64,000 nucleotides of DNA from Candidatus Woesearchaeota archaeon (GCA_016192905.1 JACPTG010000004.1:173734-237733), one strand, 5' to 3'. Positions 27,095 to 37,914 are shown, numbered from the stretch's first letter. The notes: a model not told the origin generated them from the sequence alone. A program made the numbers and translations.

Positions 27095-27761
27095 AACAAT
27101 ACAGGAAACCCCAAGGGTCAAGCTTCTAAGGTTCGCAAGGCCAGCCAGCTTTGACTTCAAGCCAGGCCAATTCATAACAGCATCAATAGAAGGCCTCAAA
27201 GGGCCCCATGGCGAAACGGTAAAAAGAAGCTACTCAATAGCCTCCTCGCCGCACGACAAGGACTACATAGAACTCTGCGTGGCAAGGGCTGAAACAGGCT
27301 TGTTCTCAAACGCCCTCCACAAACACAAGCATGGAGAGGAAGTCATAATAACAGGGCCATACGGGGTTTTCCAGCTTAGGGAACCTGTCCATCCAAACAC
27401 CACATTTGTGGCAGGAGGCAGCGGAATCGCGCCAATAAGGAGCATGATAAGGACGCACATGCACAGGGGCGAAAAAACAAACCTCTTTTACGGGTTCAGG
27501 AGCCCTGAAGAATTCATCTACAGGAAGGAACTCACGCAACTCGCGGCAAAGGGCAAAATAAAGCTCTTCCTGACCATCGACAAGCCAGCCAAGGGCTGGA
27601 AAGATGAGGTGGGGTATGTCTCTGAACTCCCTGCGAAGCACGCGAATTACGAAAAGACAGACGCATACATATGCGGGCCGCCAGCAATGGTGACTGCAAC
27701 AATAAAGGCGCTTACAGAGCTCGGATTTGACCAGAAAAGGATATACAGGGAACAGTGGTAG
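27066..27761 (+). CDS. FAD/NAD(P)-binding oxidoreductase (ferredoxin-NADP reductase-like), co-operonic with suf
   Basis: 231 aa. RSYSIASSP is the FAD-binding RxYS motif. GGSGIAPIRSM is the NAD(P)-binding motif. No Fe-S Cys cluster. Confidence 0.78.
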   Translation: MATFKAKLLETIQETPRVKLLRFARPASFDFKPGQFITASIEGLKGPHGETVKRSYSIASSPHDKDYIELCVARAETGLFSNALHKHKHGEEVIITGPYGVFQLREPVHPNTTFVAGGSGIAPIRSMIRTHMHRGEKTNLFYGFRSPEEFIYRKELTQLAAKGKIKLFLTIDKPAKGWKDEVGYVSELPAKHANYEKTDAYICGPPAMVTATIKALTELGFDQKRIYREQW

Positions 27762-27804
27762 CATGAATAGTAGTTGACAGTTGGTTGTTGGTTGTATTGC
27801 AAAG

Positions 27805-27956
27805 CAGTACACGAAGCCAGACAGTACACATTGGCGACCTCCCGAAGGGGCTGCTGAAACCAAGGAAGGCACAGCCTGCTACTTGTTAACAGTTTTATAA
27901 GTGATTTCTGCGGATAGAGAACTAAAAAAACCTGTGCGAGCTGACTCTTCGTGAAC
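27805..27956. repeat. ~150-bp intergenic element bounded by imperfect inverted arms (cagtacacgaagccag … ctgactcttcgtgaacag); carries one copy of the dispersed GCTGACTCTTCGTGAAC motif
   Basis: Arms at 27808-27821 and 27939-27956. It also shares the ttaacagtttta and tagtagttg/gttggttg segments with the 29120-29233 intergenic region. Confidence 0.3.
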
Positions 27957-28391
27957 AGACGCCAACCTGTCCAAATCAGCCCTGGACATAACTGCAACAG
28001 TTCCAAACATCGCCTTCAGCCCCTGCCTAAGCGAGGACTTGTCGCAAACAGAGTCATGAAGGTGGGCTGCAACAACCCATTTCTCCTCAGGCTGCGAAAA
28101 AGGGTTGACAAAAACCAGGGTGGCCCTGCTGTCAACAAACGACTTCCACCTGTCAAGCAAAGCCTTAAAATTCTCCGCACTGTTGAAAGTGACAATGGTG
28201 CAGCCTGGCTCAAGCCTGGCCTGCCCAAGAGCAGGAGCAACAATGCAGGGTACAACCCTATCCTTATGCCTTACACTAATCCTGCTGCCCCTGACCTCCA
28301 TTGCCACAATGCTTTTCCTGACAGCATCCCTGTTCCTCAGATAGAGCGTGGCCCACTCAACCAGATATCCCTCCTGATTCATGAAGGCCAA
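27879..28391 (-). CDS. conserved hypothetical protein
   Basis: 170 aa. No motif recognised. Its C-terminal codons overlap the repeat arm, so the true stop is uncertain. Confidence 0.45.
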   Translation of the reverse strand: MAFMNQEGYLVEWATLYLRNRDAVRKSIVAMEVRGSRISVRHKDRVVPCIVAPALGQARLEPGCTIVTFNSAENFKALLDRWKSFVDSRATLVFVNPFSQPEEKWVVAAHLHDSVCDKSSLRQGLKAMFGTVAVMSRADLDRLASVHEESARTGFFSSLSAEITYKTVNK

Positions 28392-28639
28392 AAACCGGCC
28401 AGGAGGTATAAATAGTTTTTTCCTTCATCCAAACCAGTAGCTGTCTTCCATAATATCGTAAAAGTCATCCGGCTCAAGCTCGAAAAGCGAATGCATAAAT
28501 ACCACCTCCTTCTTTACTTAAAATGTACATGAAGTGGTTCTAACGCTATCTTAATTAAATAATTTATTTCTGTTTTCATATACAAATGGGCATTTTTTTC
28601 AATAAAGCTTAAATATATGTTCATTGTGACATCAAACTT

Positions 28640-29119
28640 ATGGAGGAAAACAAACAAAGGGAAAGCCCTGAAAAAAGGGAAATACGCGAATTGGACATCC
28701 GAATACTCAACATACTGCTTGAAGACTCAAGGCTGTCGTACAGGCAGCTGGCAAAAAAGGCAGGCGTGTCGGTCGCAACCGCCATGAACCACGTGAAAGG
28801 GCTTGAAAAAGAAGGGGTAATCAAGGGATATACAGCAACCGTGAACTATGACAGGCTTGGCTTTGACATTGACGTTATAGTCAGCGTCAAGGTCTCCAAG
28901 GGAAAACTCTTCGCGGTTGAAAACAGGATTGCGGCAATACCGAATGTAGTGGAAGTGTACGATGTAACAGGGGACTTTGACTGCGTTGTTGTGGCCAAAT
29001 TCAAAAACAGAAGGCTGCTAGACAATTTCCTTAAAAAGATACAGACATTTGAGTTTGTCGAAAGGACAAGCACAGTGATGATACTCAACACAATAAAAAA
29101 CAGCCAGATGAGGCTTTAG
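28640..29119 (+). CDS. Lrp/AsnC family transcriptional regulator
   Basis: 159 aa. HTH (LDIRILNILLEDSRLSYRQLAKKAGVSVATAMNHVKGLEKEGVI) plus a RAM domain. AT-rich TATA region upstream. Confidence 0.85.
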   Translation: MEENKQRESPEKREIRELDIRILNILLEDSRLSYRQLAKKAGVSVATAMNHVKGLEKEGVIKGYTATVNYDRLGFDIDVIVSVKVSKGKLFAVENRIAAIPNVVEVYDVTGDFDCVVVAKFKNRRLLDNFLKKIQTFEFVERTSTVMILNTIKNSQMRL

Positions 29120-29172
29120 TGGTTTGTGGTTAATTGTAGGTAGTTAGCATAATGTTTAATCTAATAGTAGTA

Positions 29173-29190
29173 GGCTGACTCTTCGTGAAC
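29173..29190. repeat. copy of dispersed motif GGCTGACTCTTCGTGAAC in a convergent intergenic region
   Basis: Exact 17-18-nt match to 27939-27956 and to the reverse complement of 50989-51006. Flanks partly similar to the 27805-27956 element. Confidence 0.4.
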
Positions 29191-29233
29191 GGCAACAAGG
29201 TGAACTGGACAAAGGAGTGAACAATTAACAGTT

Positions 29234-29689
29234 TTACTCCTTCCTGGGGTTAAGAAGCGAGTCAGCGTAGGCAACATAGCCGACTGTCCTGTCATAATAC
29301 TCCCTGATTGTCTCCATTGTGATAAGCAATATCCCGCTGTCTGTAATGGCTGTCATCGTAACATGCCTCCTGTACTCATTGCTTCTCCTGTACTCAGCCC
29401 TGCTTATCTTCTTAAGAGTCTGGTAAAAAATCACCATGTCAGTGATTTTCTCGTCGTTGAAGAGCTTTTTCACAAGCTCTGCCTTCAGCCCTGCATTAGA
29501 AGGAATCTCCTTTACCTTTTTCCTTTCCTTTGCCCTCTCAAGAAGGGCGTCAATGGCAAGGGAAATCCCGCTGATAAGCCTGTCAATAATGCTCTTTATA
29601 ACATCAACTGTCCTCGTGTACTTCAGGCTTACGTACAACAGGTGGTCAGCCCTTTTCAGCTCTTCAGAAGCCTCTTCAATCAGAGTCAT
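29234..29689 (-). CDS. hypothetical alpha-helical protein
   Basis: 151 aa. Co-oriented with NAC and overlapping it by 14 nt. Confidence 0.45.
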   Translation of the reverse strand: MTLIEEASEELKRADHLLYVSLKYTRTVDVIKSIIDRLISGISLAIDALLERAKERKKVKEIPSNAGLKAELVKKLFNDEKITDMVIFYQTLKKISRAEYRRSNEYRRHVTMTAITDSGILLITMETIREYYDRTVGYVAYADSLLNPRKE

Positions 29690-30011
29690 TTTTCCTGTCT
29701 TTCAGCGAAATTATGGCAGCGGCAATGTCCCCGCCAGAGGCGTCCAGGGCCTTCCTGGCCACATCCCCTGTAACCCCTGCCTGCGATGAAACCAGCTGAA
29801 CGTCATCCTCTGAAACCGAAGACCTCTCAACAACGTTCCCAACAACCTGAAAGGTGTCCTGGCCCATCATGTTAACCTTTGTAACCGAGGGGCTGGAAAT
29901 TACGATATCCTTCCCGGCAGACCTGATTATAACCTCAGAAGCAGGAATATCCTCGCTGCGGATGCCCATCCTCCGCATCGCAGCCTTGACAGCCTTATCA
30001 TCCATCCTCAT
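29676..30011 (-). CDS. nac: nascent polypeptide-associated complex protein (NAC alpha, with UBA-like C-terminus)
   Basis: 111 aa. NAC domain (…KVNMMGQDTFQVVGNV…) and a UBA-like tail (VQLVSSQAGVTGDVARKALDASGGDIAAAI). Confidence 0.85.
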   Translation of the reverse strand: MRMDDKAVKAAMRRMGIRSEDIPASEVIIRSAGKDIVISSPSVTKVNMMGQDTFQVVGNVVERSSVSEDDVQLVSSQAGVTGDVARKALDASGGDIAAAIISLKDRKNDSD

Positions 30012-30013
30012 GA

Positions 30014-30172
30014 CTAACCTACCGCATGCAGAACTATCTCGATGACCATCACAATGGCAGCAAGAAGGATGACATGGCCTGGCTGGAACTCAATCTTGCT
30101 CTTGTACTCGTCAAAGTACCTGACAATGCCACCCATAGAGCTGGGCATCTGAACCTTGTCGTCCCTTGCCAT
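30014..30172 (-). CDS. preprotein translocase subunit Sec61beta (SecG)
   Basis: From the internal Met: MARDDKVQMPSSMGGIVRYFDEYKSKIEFQPGHVILLAAIVMVIEIVLH is the archaeal Sec-beta signature plus a TM. Confidence 0.8.
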   Translation of the reverse strand: MARDDKVQMPSSMGGIVRYFDEYKSKIEFQPGHVILLAAIVMVIEIVLHAVG

Positions 30173-30225
30173 AGCGTTTAGGGTTGGGAAGGTAAGTATA
30201 AAAAGGTTATTGCTCACAAACAATC

Positions 30226-30426
30226 CTACTTTGGGAGATGTAAACCCTTCATCTTGCCCTTAAAGCCTAACCAGAGATAAATGACGGCAAGAAAAAATCC
30301 TATGAATACAGCAAGCAGAAGCCAGAGAACCAGCAGCTCTCCACGCAGGCCAAGGATTGTAAAGCTTCCAAACCGCCTCTCATAAGATGTTAAGCCAGCA
30401 TAGCTTACTGCAACGGCAGCCAACAC
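30226..30426 (-). CDS. small membrane protein (hypothetical)
   Basis: 66 aa with two hydrophobic helices. Abuts the upstream ORF. Confidence 0.3.
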   Translation of the reverse strand: MLAAVAVSYAGLTSYERRFGSFTILGLRGELLVLWLLLAVFIGFFLAVIYLWLGFKGKMKGLHLPK

Positions 30427-30783
30427 TATAATGCCTCCTGCAATAGCTTTACTGCCTGGCTTGAAGGGGTTTGCCGATGATTCATATCCCTTTGCCAGGA
30501 CATAGGAAACAAAGTCATGTTATCAGATATCCAGCCGTAGCCAGGATAAAACCTGTTGTGGGAACTCAAAGGTGAAACAATACATGATGAGAAAAGGATT
30601 TTAGGACTGGGATTAACCAGCCTGATTCCCCTAATACTGCCCAAATCAACATACCTGCCATTCCTTCCTGTTGTTTGGCTGAAGGCATCTGGCCACAGAA
30701 AAATCCTTTTCCCCTCCAAAAAGGGCTGTTTGTTCTTAAAAGGAAATTCAGGAAGCTCAACATCAGGCTTGTCCTTCACCATT
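30426..30783 (-). CDS. hypothetical protein
   Basis: Start chosen at internal MVKDKPDVEL, after the atpD stop. No motif recognised. Confidence 0.3.
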
Positions 30784-30786
30784 TTG

Positions 30787-31410
30787 TTACGCATGCGCCC
30801 GCTTGATGTGCTTGAGCCTTGCGAAGTTCTCCCTCTCCATCTCCTCAAGCCTGAGCCTTACGTAGGAAGCTGATGCCTCAAGCCTTGGAATGGTGATTTT
30901 CTCAAGCGCATTAACCTTCCTCTTGGTCTTCTCAATCTCCTGCAGCAGCCTCCTCAATGCGGTTTCGTGCTCTGCCGCCTCCAGAACCTTCTCAACAAGC
31001 TTCTCGTAGGCAAGCGCTGCCTCGTCAATCTTAATAGAGCCGGAAAGGTAGCCAAAGCCCCTGGTGAAAATGCGCTTCTGCACAGCGCCCTTCTTTATGC
31101 TGGGCACCAGAACGCCCATCACGTTCTTGGCCTCAAGCTGGATAACCGGCTTGTCCTTAACAGCCAGCGCTACAGACTTAACAGCCAAATCAGAGTCAAG
31201 CGCCCTGGTGATATTCATCTTCCCAAGCGCATGCCTGTACTCCTCCACAAGCTCAGAGCGAACATTCCTGGCCTTTTCAAGTGCCTTGAAGAACTCAATA
31301 ATAAGGCCGTCACGCTTCTTCTTAAGCATGCTATGGCCAGACCTTGCCAGCTTAATCTTCTTCCTGAGAAGAAGCAGCTCGCTTCTATTTGGAGTTACGT
31401 TCTGGGACAT
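30787..31410 (-). CDS. atpD: A1AO (V-type) ATP synthase subunit D
   Basis: 207 aa. Coiled-coil subunit with the pattern typical of subunit D (…[25 protein letters not shown]…). Confidence 0.9.
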   Translation of the reverse strand: MSQNVTPNRSELLLLRKKIKLARSGHSMLKKKRDGLIIEFFKALEKARNVRSELVEEYRHALGKMNITRALDSDLAVKSVALAVKDKPVIQLEAKNVMGVLVPSIKKGAVQKRIFTRGFGYLSGSIKIDEAALAYEKLVEKVLEAAEHETALRRLLQEIEKTKRKVNALEKITIPRLEASASYVRLRLEEMERENFARLKHIKRAHA

Positions 31411-34357
31411 TCTTGTAGTACTTCTTCCTCAGCTCAGGGCTTATCCTGACAAGCTCAGCCTCAGGCAGGGCTCCCAAAAGAGCCCAAGCAACCCTAAGCG
31501 TATCCTCCTGGACAGACCTGTTCTCATTCCTGGCCTGCCTGACGAACACGTCCTCAAAGGAGGCTGCGAACTTCAAAAGGCGGCGGTCCCTCTCAGCAAG
31601 CGACTCCTCGCCGACAATAGCAGCCAGGCCCCTGAGGTCGCGGCCCTCAGCATAGGCTGCGTACAGCTGGTCTGAAACCTGCTTGTGGTCCTCCCTTGTC
31701 TTGCCCTGGCCGATGCCAAGGTTCATCAGCCTTGACAGGGATGGCAAAACATCAATCGGAGGGTAAATGTTCTTCCGGTGAAGCTCCCTGCTCAGGACAA
31801 TCTGGCCCTCGGTAATGTACCCTGTCAGGTCAGGAATCGGATGGGTGATGTCATCACCAATCATGGTCAAAATCGGAATCTGCGTAACAGAGCCCTTCTT
31901 TCCCTTGACAATCCCGGCCCGTTCATACAGCGAAGCGAGGTCAGTGTACATATAGCCGGGGTAGCCCCTCCTCCCGGGAATCTCCTCCCTGGCCGCGCCA
32001 ATCTCACGAAGTGATTCACAATTTGATATTATTAAGCCATTTCCAACCAAGAATTTTCCTGTTTCTGGAATGGTGACATCAAAAACAAACAAGTCTTTTG
32101 GTTCAGTTACTTTAATGTCTGTGATTTCGTCCAAAATGAATTCATCATTTGCATGTTTCTTTAACTCTTTCAGGATTTCATCATTTTCTGCAACGAGTTG
32201 AGAGAACTTTTCCATGCATTTTACAAGTTGCACTTTACTAATTCTCTTAAAGCCCCGTTCAACTTCAGACAACTGGCCGTTACTGGAAATTTGAGTTTGT
32301 TTTATTCCATATTTATGCCTCAATGCCCTTATTAATGTTCCGCAAACTCTCGGCGCATATTCAAATTCAGCGCTCTCTAAAGCATTATCCTTTACCTTCT
32401 CTAATTTATGTCTTTTATGCGGGTGTGATGCGCCAACTTTTTCAACAAACAAGTTAACATACCTTTTGCCTCTTATGATTATGTCAAACACATTACTCTC
32501 TCCATAAGTGCCTGTAGAGTGCCTATCAACAATGATAGAAGCTATTCCAAGTCTCCTTAAAAGCTGTTGGAGCCTTTTGATAACTTTTTCATTCACAGAA
32601 GTATATTGAATGACCCTTCTATTGACAATGCAGCTGCCATCGCCATCAAAGTAGCCTCTCAAAAATGCAGAAATCAAGTTTTCAGGCAATGAGAACAATT
32701 TCTTAAATTCCTTATCTTTCAAACCAAAGAAAGTTGCTATGTCGCAGTAAGCCTTATTATTAATTCTGCATATACTTACTCCATCTTGACTCTTGAAATC
32801 TGTAATCTGGATGTTGGGGAAAATTGTTGTAATCTTTTTCTTGTATATTTTTCTCAAATCAGAACTTGTATTTGAGAAATCCACGCGATAGATGTGGCTA
32901 TTCTCATTTCTTATCAATGAGCCATCAGAAGCAACTAGCCCTAGCAAGTAAAGTAAGTCGTCGTTTGCGTATGCCGTCGCTATTTTCAATCTATTGCCGC
33001 CAACATGCGATATGGCTGAAATTGCCTTCTCTATTGGCAACTCAGGACATATTTTAATCAATGCTCGAATCTCTTTAACATTCAAGAAACTTTCAGAATC
33101 TGTTAGCCTTGAATAATTAATGCCCGATTCTTTACATGCTTCCTTCAGTGAACCATACAGTTTTTTCAGTTTTTGTTTGCTGGTTTCCCTGACTAACTTA
33201 TCAAAGAAAACAATTGTGTTTTCATTTAATGCATCTATTATGGAAGGAATAGCCGTATTCACATTTATTTTTGATGTAATTGCGACTCTATCACCTTTCT
33301 TTAATTGGCCTGCAGGCGCCATTCTTAGTCCAAGAATCGTGTCTGTCAGTATCCTATGATTTGGCGTCAAGGTTAATTTGTTTCCTGAGCGAGTTGATAG
33401 TTCTATCATTTGCATTGAAGCTGGAAGCTTTTGAACTCGGGCAATCTGTTTAATGGCATCATTATTACCGTCCCATGTTAGCGCTTTTTCTTCCTTATCC
33501 CTAATATCAACATCAGAACCTCTTGTTTGACTTTCAACAAATTCTTTAATTGTTGTTATTCTTCCATCACCTAAAAACATCTCAGTTTCTCCAGCGACGC
33601 AGTAGTTCGTCATATCAGTCAATATTACCAGCACATGCATGTCCTTCTCATACGCAAAATACTCTGCTGCTGTAAGCGCCATTCTTGGAGTTATAAGCCT
33701 CTCCACAGCAGGGTCATCTGCCAGGTTGAGGAATACGAGAGACCTCTTAAGCGCGCCAGTGTTCTCGAAATCAGTAATAAAGCGCTGCGCTTCCTCATTG
33801 GTAATGCCCATTGCGGCAAAGATGACGACAAAGCCAGCCTCTTTGCCCAGAACCCTTGCCTGCCTTGCAATCTGAAGGGCAATGTCGTTGTGCGGCAGGC
33901 CAGAGCCTGAGAAAACAGGCAGCTTCTGCCCCCTGACAAGCGTATTCATCAGGTCAATGGTTGAAATACCTGTCTGGATGAAGTCCTCAGGGCCTGCCCT
34001 GGCCACCGGGTTAATGGCAGCCCCGGTAATGTCAAGCTTATCCTCAGGAATAATTTCAGGGCCGTTGTCAATGGGCTTTCCAGCGCCGCTAAGAATCCTT
34101 CCAAGCATGTCCGGGGAAACAGGCAGCCTGATGTTTTCGCCAAGGAACCTTACGCGGGCATCCCTGTCCAGGCCAGAAGTGCCCTCGAAAACCTGGACTA
34201 CGACTATATCATCACTTGTATCAAGAACCTGGCCTGTCTTTAATTCACCTGAAGGCGTGGCAATCCTTACCAGGTCATTATAGCCAACAGGGTCTGTCTT
34301 CCTTACAAAGACAAGCGGGCCTGCAATCCGTGAAACAGTCTTATACTCCTTTTCCAT
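31385..34357 (-). CDS. atpB: A1AO (V-type) ATP synthase subunit B, interrupted by an intein
   Basis: The N-extein ends …ILTDMTNY. The C-extein begins [36 protein letters not shown]. The exteins sum to ~464 aa. Start taken at MEKEYKTV. Confidence 0.9.
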   Translation of the reverse strand: MEKEYKTVSRIAGPLVFVRKTDPVGYNDLVRIATPSGELKTGQVLDTSDDIVVVQVFEGTSGLDRDARVRFLGENIRLPVSPDMLGRILSGAGKPIDNGPEIIPEDKLDITGAAINPVARAGPEDFIQTGISTIDLMNTLVRGQKLPVFSGSGLPHNDIALQIARQARVLGKEAGFVVIFAAMGITNEEAQRFITDFENTGALKRSLVFLNLADDPAVERLITPRMALTAAEYFAYEKDMHVLVILTDMTNYCVAGETEMFLGDGRITTIKEFVESQTRGSDVDIRDKEEKALTWDGNNDAIKQIARVQKLPASMQMIELSTRSGNKLTLTPNHRILTDTILGLRMAPAGQLKKGDRVAITSKINVNTAIPSIIDALNENTIVFFDKLVRETSKQKLKKLYGSLKEACKESGINYSRLTDSESFLNVKEIRALIKICPELPIEKAISAISHVGGNRLKIATAYANDDLLYLLGLVASDGSLIRNENSHIYRVDFSNTSSDLRKIYKKKITTIFPNIQITDFKSQDGVSICRINNKAYCDIATFFGLKDKEFKKLFSLPENLISAFLRGYFDGDGSCIVNRRVIQYTSVNEKVIKRLQQLLRRLGIASIIVDRHSTGTYGESNVFDIIIRGKRYVNLFVEKVGASHPHKRHKLEKVKDNALESAEFEYAPRVCGTLIRALRHKYGIKQTQISSNGQLSEVERGFKRISKVQLVKCMEKFSQLVAENDEILKELKKHANDEFILDEITDIKVTEPKDLFVFDVTIPETGKFLVGNGLIISNCESLREIGAAREEIPGRRGYPGYMYTDLASLYERAGIVKGKKGSVTQIPILTMIGDDITHPIPDLTGYITEGQIVLSRELHRKNIYPPIDVLPSLSRLMNLGIGQGKTREDHKQVSDQLYAAYAEGRDLRGLAAIVGEESLAERDRRLLKFAASFEDVFVRQARNENRSVQEDTLRVAWALLGALPEAELVRISPELRKKYYKNVPERNSK
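32021..33601 (-). mobile_element. intein in ATP synthase subunit B with LAGLIDADG endonuclease domain (527 aa)
   Basis: Starts [22 protein letters not shown] blocks [14 protein letters not shown] and [11 protein letters not shown]. Ends [11 protein letters not shown] with +1 Cys. In frame. Confidence 0.85.
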
Positions 34358-36074
34358 CCCTAAACTCCCTCTCCATGTCAGCCACAATCCCCTTGAGGAA
34401 TGGCTCGTAATCCTTCTCAAACTTCACATCGCCAATCCTGTCCTTTGCCTTAATCTCCAGAATCCTCTGCGCCTTCCCGCCTGATTCAAGGGCAGCGTAC
34501 GCAAGGTCAGCATACTTCAGGACAGTCTTCATTATGAGATAGGTTTTCTTAGGCTGCGAATACGTGTCAACAGGGTGGAATGCGTTCTGCTGCAGCAGGA
34601 ACTCACGGGCCATCCTCGCTATCCTCAGCGTAATCCGCTCACGCTCAGGCAGGGCATCAGAGCCAATAAGCTGGACAATCTCAAGCAGCCTGTCCTCCTC
34701 CTGAAGCACGGCCATAAGCCTGTCAACACAATTTCTCCAATCAGCAGCAACGTTCTTCGCAAACCAGGGCTCAAGGATGTCTGCGTACAGCGAGTAGGAA
34801 GTAAGCCAGTTTATTGAAGGGAAATGCCTGCGCTGGGAGAGCTTTGCATCCAAAGCCCAGAATACCTTAACAACCCTAAGGGTGCTTTGAGTTACAGGTT
34901 CTGAAAAATCCCCGCCTGGCGGCGAAACAGCGCCTATGACAGAAACAGAGCCTTCCTTTCCAGACAGCGCGACAACCCTGCCAGCCCTTTCGTAAAACTC
35001 CGCAAGCCTTGTTGAAAGGTATGAAGGGTAGCCCTCCTCACCAGGCATCTCCTGAAGCCTTGAAGAGATTTCCCTCATGGCCTCAGCCCACCTTGAAGTT
35101 GAGTCAGCCATAAGGGCAACGCTATAACCCATGTCCCTGTAATACTCAGCGATTGTAACTCCTGTGTAAATTGAAGCCTCCCTGGCGGCAACAGGCATGT
35201 TTGAAGTGTTCGCGATAAGCACAGTCCTGTTCATAAGCGGCTTATCAGTCCGCGGGTCAACCAGCTTAGGGAACTCCTCCAAGACCTCAGTCATCTCATT
35301 GCCCCGCTCGCCGCAGCCTACATAGACTACGACTTCTGCATCGGCCCACTTGGCCAAGGCCTGCTGAGTCACCGTTTTTCCCGACCCGAATGGCCCCGGG
35401 ATAGCAGCCACTCCTCCCTTGGAAAGCGGAAACAGCGCATCAAAAACCCTCTGGCCGGTAATCAGGGGAAGGTTGGGAATAAGCTTTTTAGAGGAAGGCC
35501 TGGGTCTCCTCACAGGCCACTGCTGCATAAGCGTAATTTTCGCGCCATTCTCCAAAGTGCAAACCTCGTCCTCAACGGTGAACGAGCCCTCTCTGATATC
35601 CTTCGCCTTTCCTGCGGAAATGTCTGCAGGGGCAGGGAACCTGTGTTCTGTGTTAAGCTCCTGGACAGTCCCGATAATCATTCCCGGAGAAACCAAATCG
35701 CCTTTTTTTACAGCAGGCTTAAACTCCCACTTCTTCCTGCGGTCCAAGCCAGGGGCAGTGATGCCGCGGGATATGAAATCTCCACGCTGCCTCCTAAGCT
35801 CTGCAAGCGGCCTCTGGATGCCATCATAAACAGAGTTAAGAAGCCCGGGGCCAAGCTCAACAGAAAGCGGAAGGCCTGTAGTCTCAACAACCTCGCCAGG
35901 CTTCAGGCCTGAAGTGTCCTCATAAACCTGGATTGTCGTGCGGTCATCATTAATCTGGATAACCTCACCCATAAGCTTCTCCCTGCCCACGCGAACAACG
36001 TCGTACATCCTGGCGCTGAGCCCCTTCGCAACGACCACAGGGCCTGAAATCTGGTAAAGCCTTGCCATTTTCAA
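34341..36074 (-). CDS. atpA: A1AO (V-type) ATP synthase catalytic subunit A (no intein)
   Basis: 577 aa. GPFGSGKT Walker A; …[22 protein letters not shown]…. Confidence 0.92.
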   Translation of the reverse strand: MKMARLYQISGPVVVAKGLSARMYDVVRVGREKLMGEVIQINDDRTTIQVYEDTSGLKPGEVVETTGLPLSVELGPGLLNSVYDGIQRPLAELRRQRGDFISRGITAPGLDRRKKWEFKPAVKKGDLVSPGMIIGTVQELNTEHRFPAPADISAGKAKDIREGSFTVEDEVCTLENGAKITLMQQWPVRRPRPSSKKLIPNLPLITGQRVFDALFPLSKGGVAAIPGPFGSGKTVTQQALAKWADAEVVVYVGCGERGNEMTEVLEEFPKLVDPRTDKPLMNRTVLIANTSNMPVAAREASIYTGVTIAEYYRDMGYSVALMADSTSRWAEAMREISSRLQEMPGEEGYPSYLSTRLAEFYERAGRVVALSGKEGSVSVIGAVSPPGGDFSEPVTQSTLRVVKVFWALDAKLSQRRHFPSINWLTSYSLYADILEPWFAKNVAADWRNCVDRLMAVLQEEDRLLEIVQLIGSDALPERERITLRIARMAREFLLQQNAFHPVDTYSQPKKTYLIMKTVLKYADLAYAALESGGKAQRILEIKAKDRIGDVKFEKDYEPFLKGIVADMEREFRDGKGV

Positions 36075-36349
36075 AGTTCTATGCCAATAGACCCCCTTAT
36101 CAGCCGGGCCATATCCTCCCTCCTGTCACTCGTTGACAGCATAACAAAAAGCGGGTTAATGGAATCTTCAAAAAATTTGCGGTCATCCTCCCCAAAAGCA
36201 GAAACAATGGACTCGTCAACAATGACAACCCCCACCTTCTCCTTTGGGATTGACCTAAGCTCGCCAGCCTTGGAGTAGTTAAATGTCTTCAGGCCAACCA
36301 ACTCAAACCCAAGCGTAAACTCAGGGCTACCAACAGCGACAAGATCCAT
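36071..36349 (-). CDS. atpF: A1AO ATP synthase subunit F
   Basis: Start at internal [20 protein letters not shown]. Length and position are typical of subunit F. Confidence 0.78.
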   Translation of the reverse strand: MDLVAVGSPEFTLGFELVGLKTFNYSKAGELRSIPKEKVGVVIVDESIVSAFGEDDRKFFEDSINPLFVMLSTSDRREDMARLIRGSIGIEL

Positions 36350-36350
36350 G

Positions 36351-37394
36351 CTAAACCACCAGCTGCTCCTCAATGAAACCCTCAGCCATCCCAAGCTGCC
36401 GGGCCTTCATAATGAGCCTCAGATTCCTGATTTCAATCTCCTTGGCAAACACATACCCGACAATCGAGTCTGCAAGCAGCGGCTTCCTCCTATGAAGCGA
36501 AAGCGCCTTCCTGAGAAGGTACTTGTAAAGGCCAGTCTCGACATAAATTAAAGTTTCCTTTTCCCTGAACTCCTTAACGCCCTGCCTGACATGCTCGCCA
36601 AACCTTGAATTCTCAAGCGCTGAAAGAATCTCCGCAAGCCCAAGCTCGGAAAGCCTCCTCACCATTGGCTCTGCATCAGCAACCGCCTTCTGCATATCGC
36701 GCTTATCCATACCCTCGCGCCTGTACCTAAGAACCTTAATCAGGGCAGCAATCAGCATCTCCTCAGCCAGGAACTCGCGGAAAAGGCTGCTGCCCATTCC
36801 CTGCATCCCAGCAACAATCGCCCTCCTGTACTCTGAATCAATCACGTTCTCAACCTCGGCAAGGCTGCCAGTCTCCCTAAACCTGTCAACAGCAACCTTA
36901 ACCTGGGCTGCAGGGAGGCCGGAATCGCGGAGAGCCTCCTCAACTGACTGCCTCCTGAAAACAGAGCGAAGCCTTTCAGCGCTTACAGAATAGGGAACGA
37001 GCACATTCATAACATCATCCTCTGACGAAGATGTATAAATGCCCCTAAGCACAGCCTTAAAATTATCCCTATCCCGCCTTTTCAGGTAAACATCCAGGAC
37101 ACGCTGAAGCGAAGGCCCTGAAAAGCGCCTGAGCTTCTGATAAGTGTTAGCCAGGTTAAGGTTAAGAGCCTGCTCCATAAGACTGACTCCTGAAAACCTT
37201 ACAGCAAGGGCATCAATCTCAGCCTTGTACTGGCTGGACTCAAGAAAGCCGATTACCTCAGAAAGGCCCATCCTAAGCAGCCTGTCATAATCCTGCCTGC
37301 CAAGAAGAGCTGCGCGCATCACGCATACACGGGCATAAGCGTAAGGGTAACGCCCGCCAGACTCAATTCCCGGTGAAGAGTATCTTTGCAACAT
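36351..37394 (-). CDS. atpC: A1AO ATP synthase subunit C (d-like)
   Basis: 347 aa, all-helical. Placement between E and F is as in archaeal operons. Confidence 0.82.
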   Translation of the reverse strand: MLQRYSSPGIESGGRYPYAYARVCVMRAALLGRQDYDRLLRMGLSEVIGFLESSQYKAEIDALAVRFSGVSLMEQALNLNLANTYQKLRRFSGPSLQRVLDVYLKRRDRDNFKAVLRGIYTSSSEDDVMNVLVPYSVSAERLRSVFRRQSVEEALRDSGLPAAQVKVAVDRFRETGSLAEVENVIDSEYRRAIVAGMQGMGSSLFREFLAEEMLIAALIKVLRYRREGMDKRDMQKAVADAEPMVRRLSELGLAEILSALENSRFGEHVRQGVKEFREKETLIYVETGLYKYLLRKALSLHRRKPLLADSIVGYVFAKEIEIRNLRLIMKARQLGMAEGFIEEQLVV

Positions 37395-37914
37395 CCTTCA
37401 ATGTCAACTCCCTGACTTTTTCAATCATCGCGCCGTAGCTCAGGTCAATCCTGACAGTTCCGTCACTGTTCTCAGCAATTATGCCGCCGGCAATCCCCGC
37501 AGGCTGGCATCTGACACCTGTAACTGACTTTACATCCCTTTCATTGCACATTACAAGCTGCACGTCCATCTGCTCCCTGGCCCTCCTAAGAAGGCTTTTC
37601 ACATGCTCAGACCTCCTGGCGGCCGGGGACTTGACAATGGCGGCTGCGGCTTCAAAATAGACCTCTTCAATCAGCCGCTTCCTCGCATCCAGCAAGGCCT
37701 TTGCCGCCTCAAGCTCTGCTGCAGCCAAATCCCTGGAGCGCTCCTCAGCAAGCCTTAGCTCAGCATCATCCAGCAAAGCCTTTGCAATCTCATCAGCTTT
37801 CTGAGTGGCAACAGCGATAACCTGCTCTTCCTCTTTCTTTGCCTCAGAAAGAATGCCCTGGGCTTCCTTCCTCGCCCTGGCAAGCACATCCTCCCTGACC
37901 TTCTCAAAGCCCAC
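37363..37914 (-). CDS. atpE: A1AO ATP synthase subunit E
   Basis: 183 aa with a charged coiled-coil N-terminus and a globular C-terminus. Confidence 0.82.
   Translation of the reverse strand: MGFEKVREDVLARARKEAQGILSEAKKEEEQVIAVATQKADEIAKALLDDAELRLAEERSRDLAAAELEAAKALLDARKRLIEEVYFEAAAAIVKSPAARRSEHVKSLLRRAREQMDVQLVMCNERDVKSVTGVRCQPAGIAGGIIAENSDGTVRIDLSYGAMIEKVRELTLKDVAKILFTGN

Noticed and set aside
27066-27761. FNR-like gene considered as a dihydroorotate dehydrogenase electron-transfer subunit or a sulfhydrogenase gamma subunit
   Set aside because: It lacks the C-terminal [2Fe-2S] Cys cluster of those families. Only the FAD and NAD(P) motifs are present, so it was left as a generic FNR-family reductase.
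30226-30848. Merging ORFs 30426..30848 and 30226..30426 into one frameshifted gene
   Set aside because: There is no homopolymer or obvious slip site at the junction. The downstream ORF has its own start overlapping the upstream stop. Left as two weakly supported hypothetical genes.
31385-34420. Single 1011-aa 'giant' ORF
   Set aside because: Not a novel fusion. It is ATP synthase subunit B interrupted by a canonical in-frame intein, and the exteins reassemble to about 464 aa.
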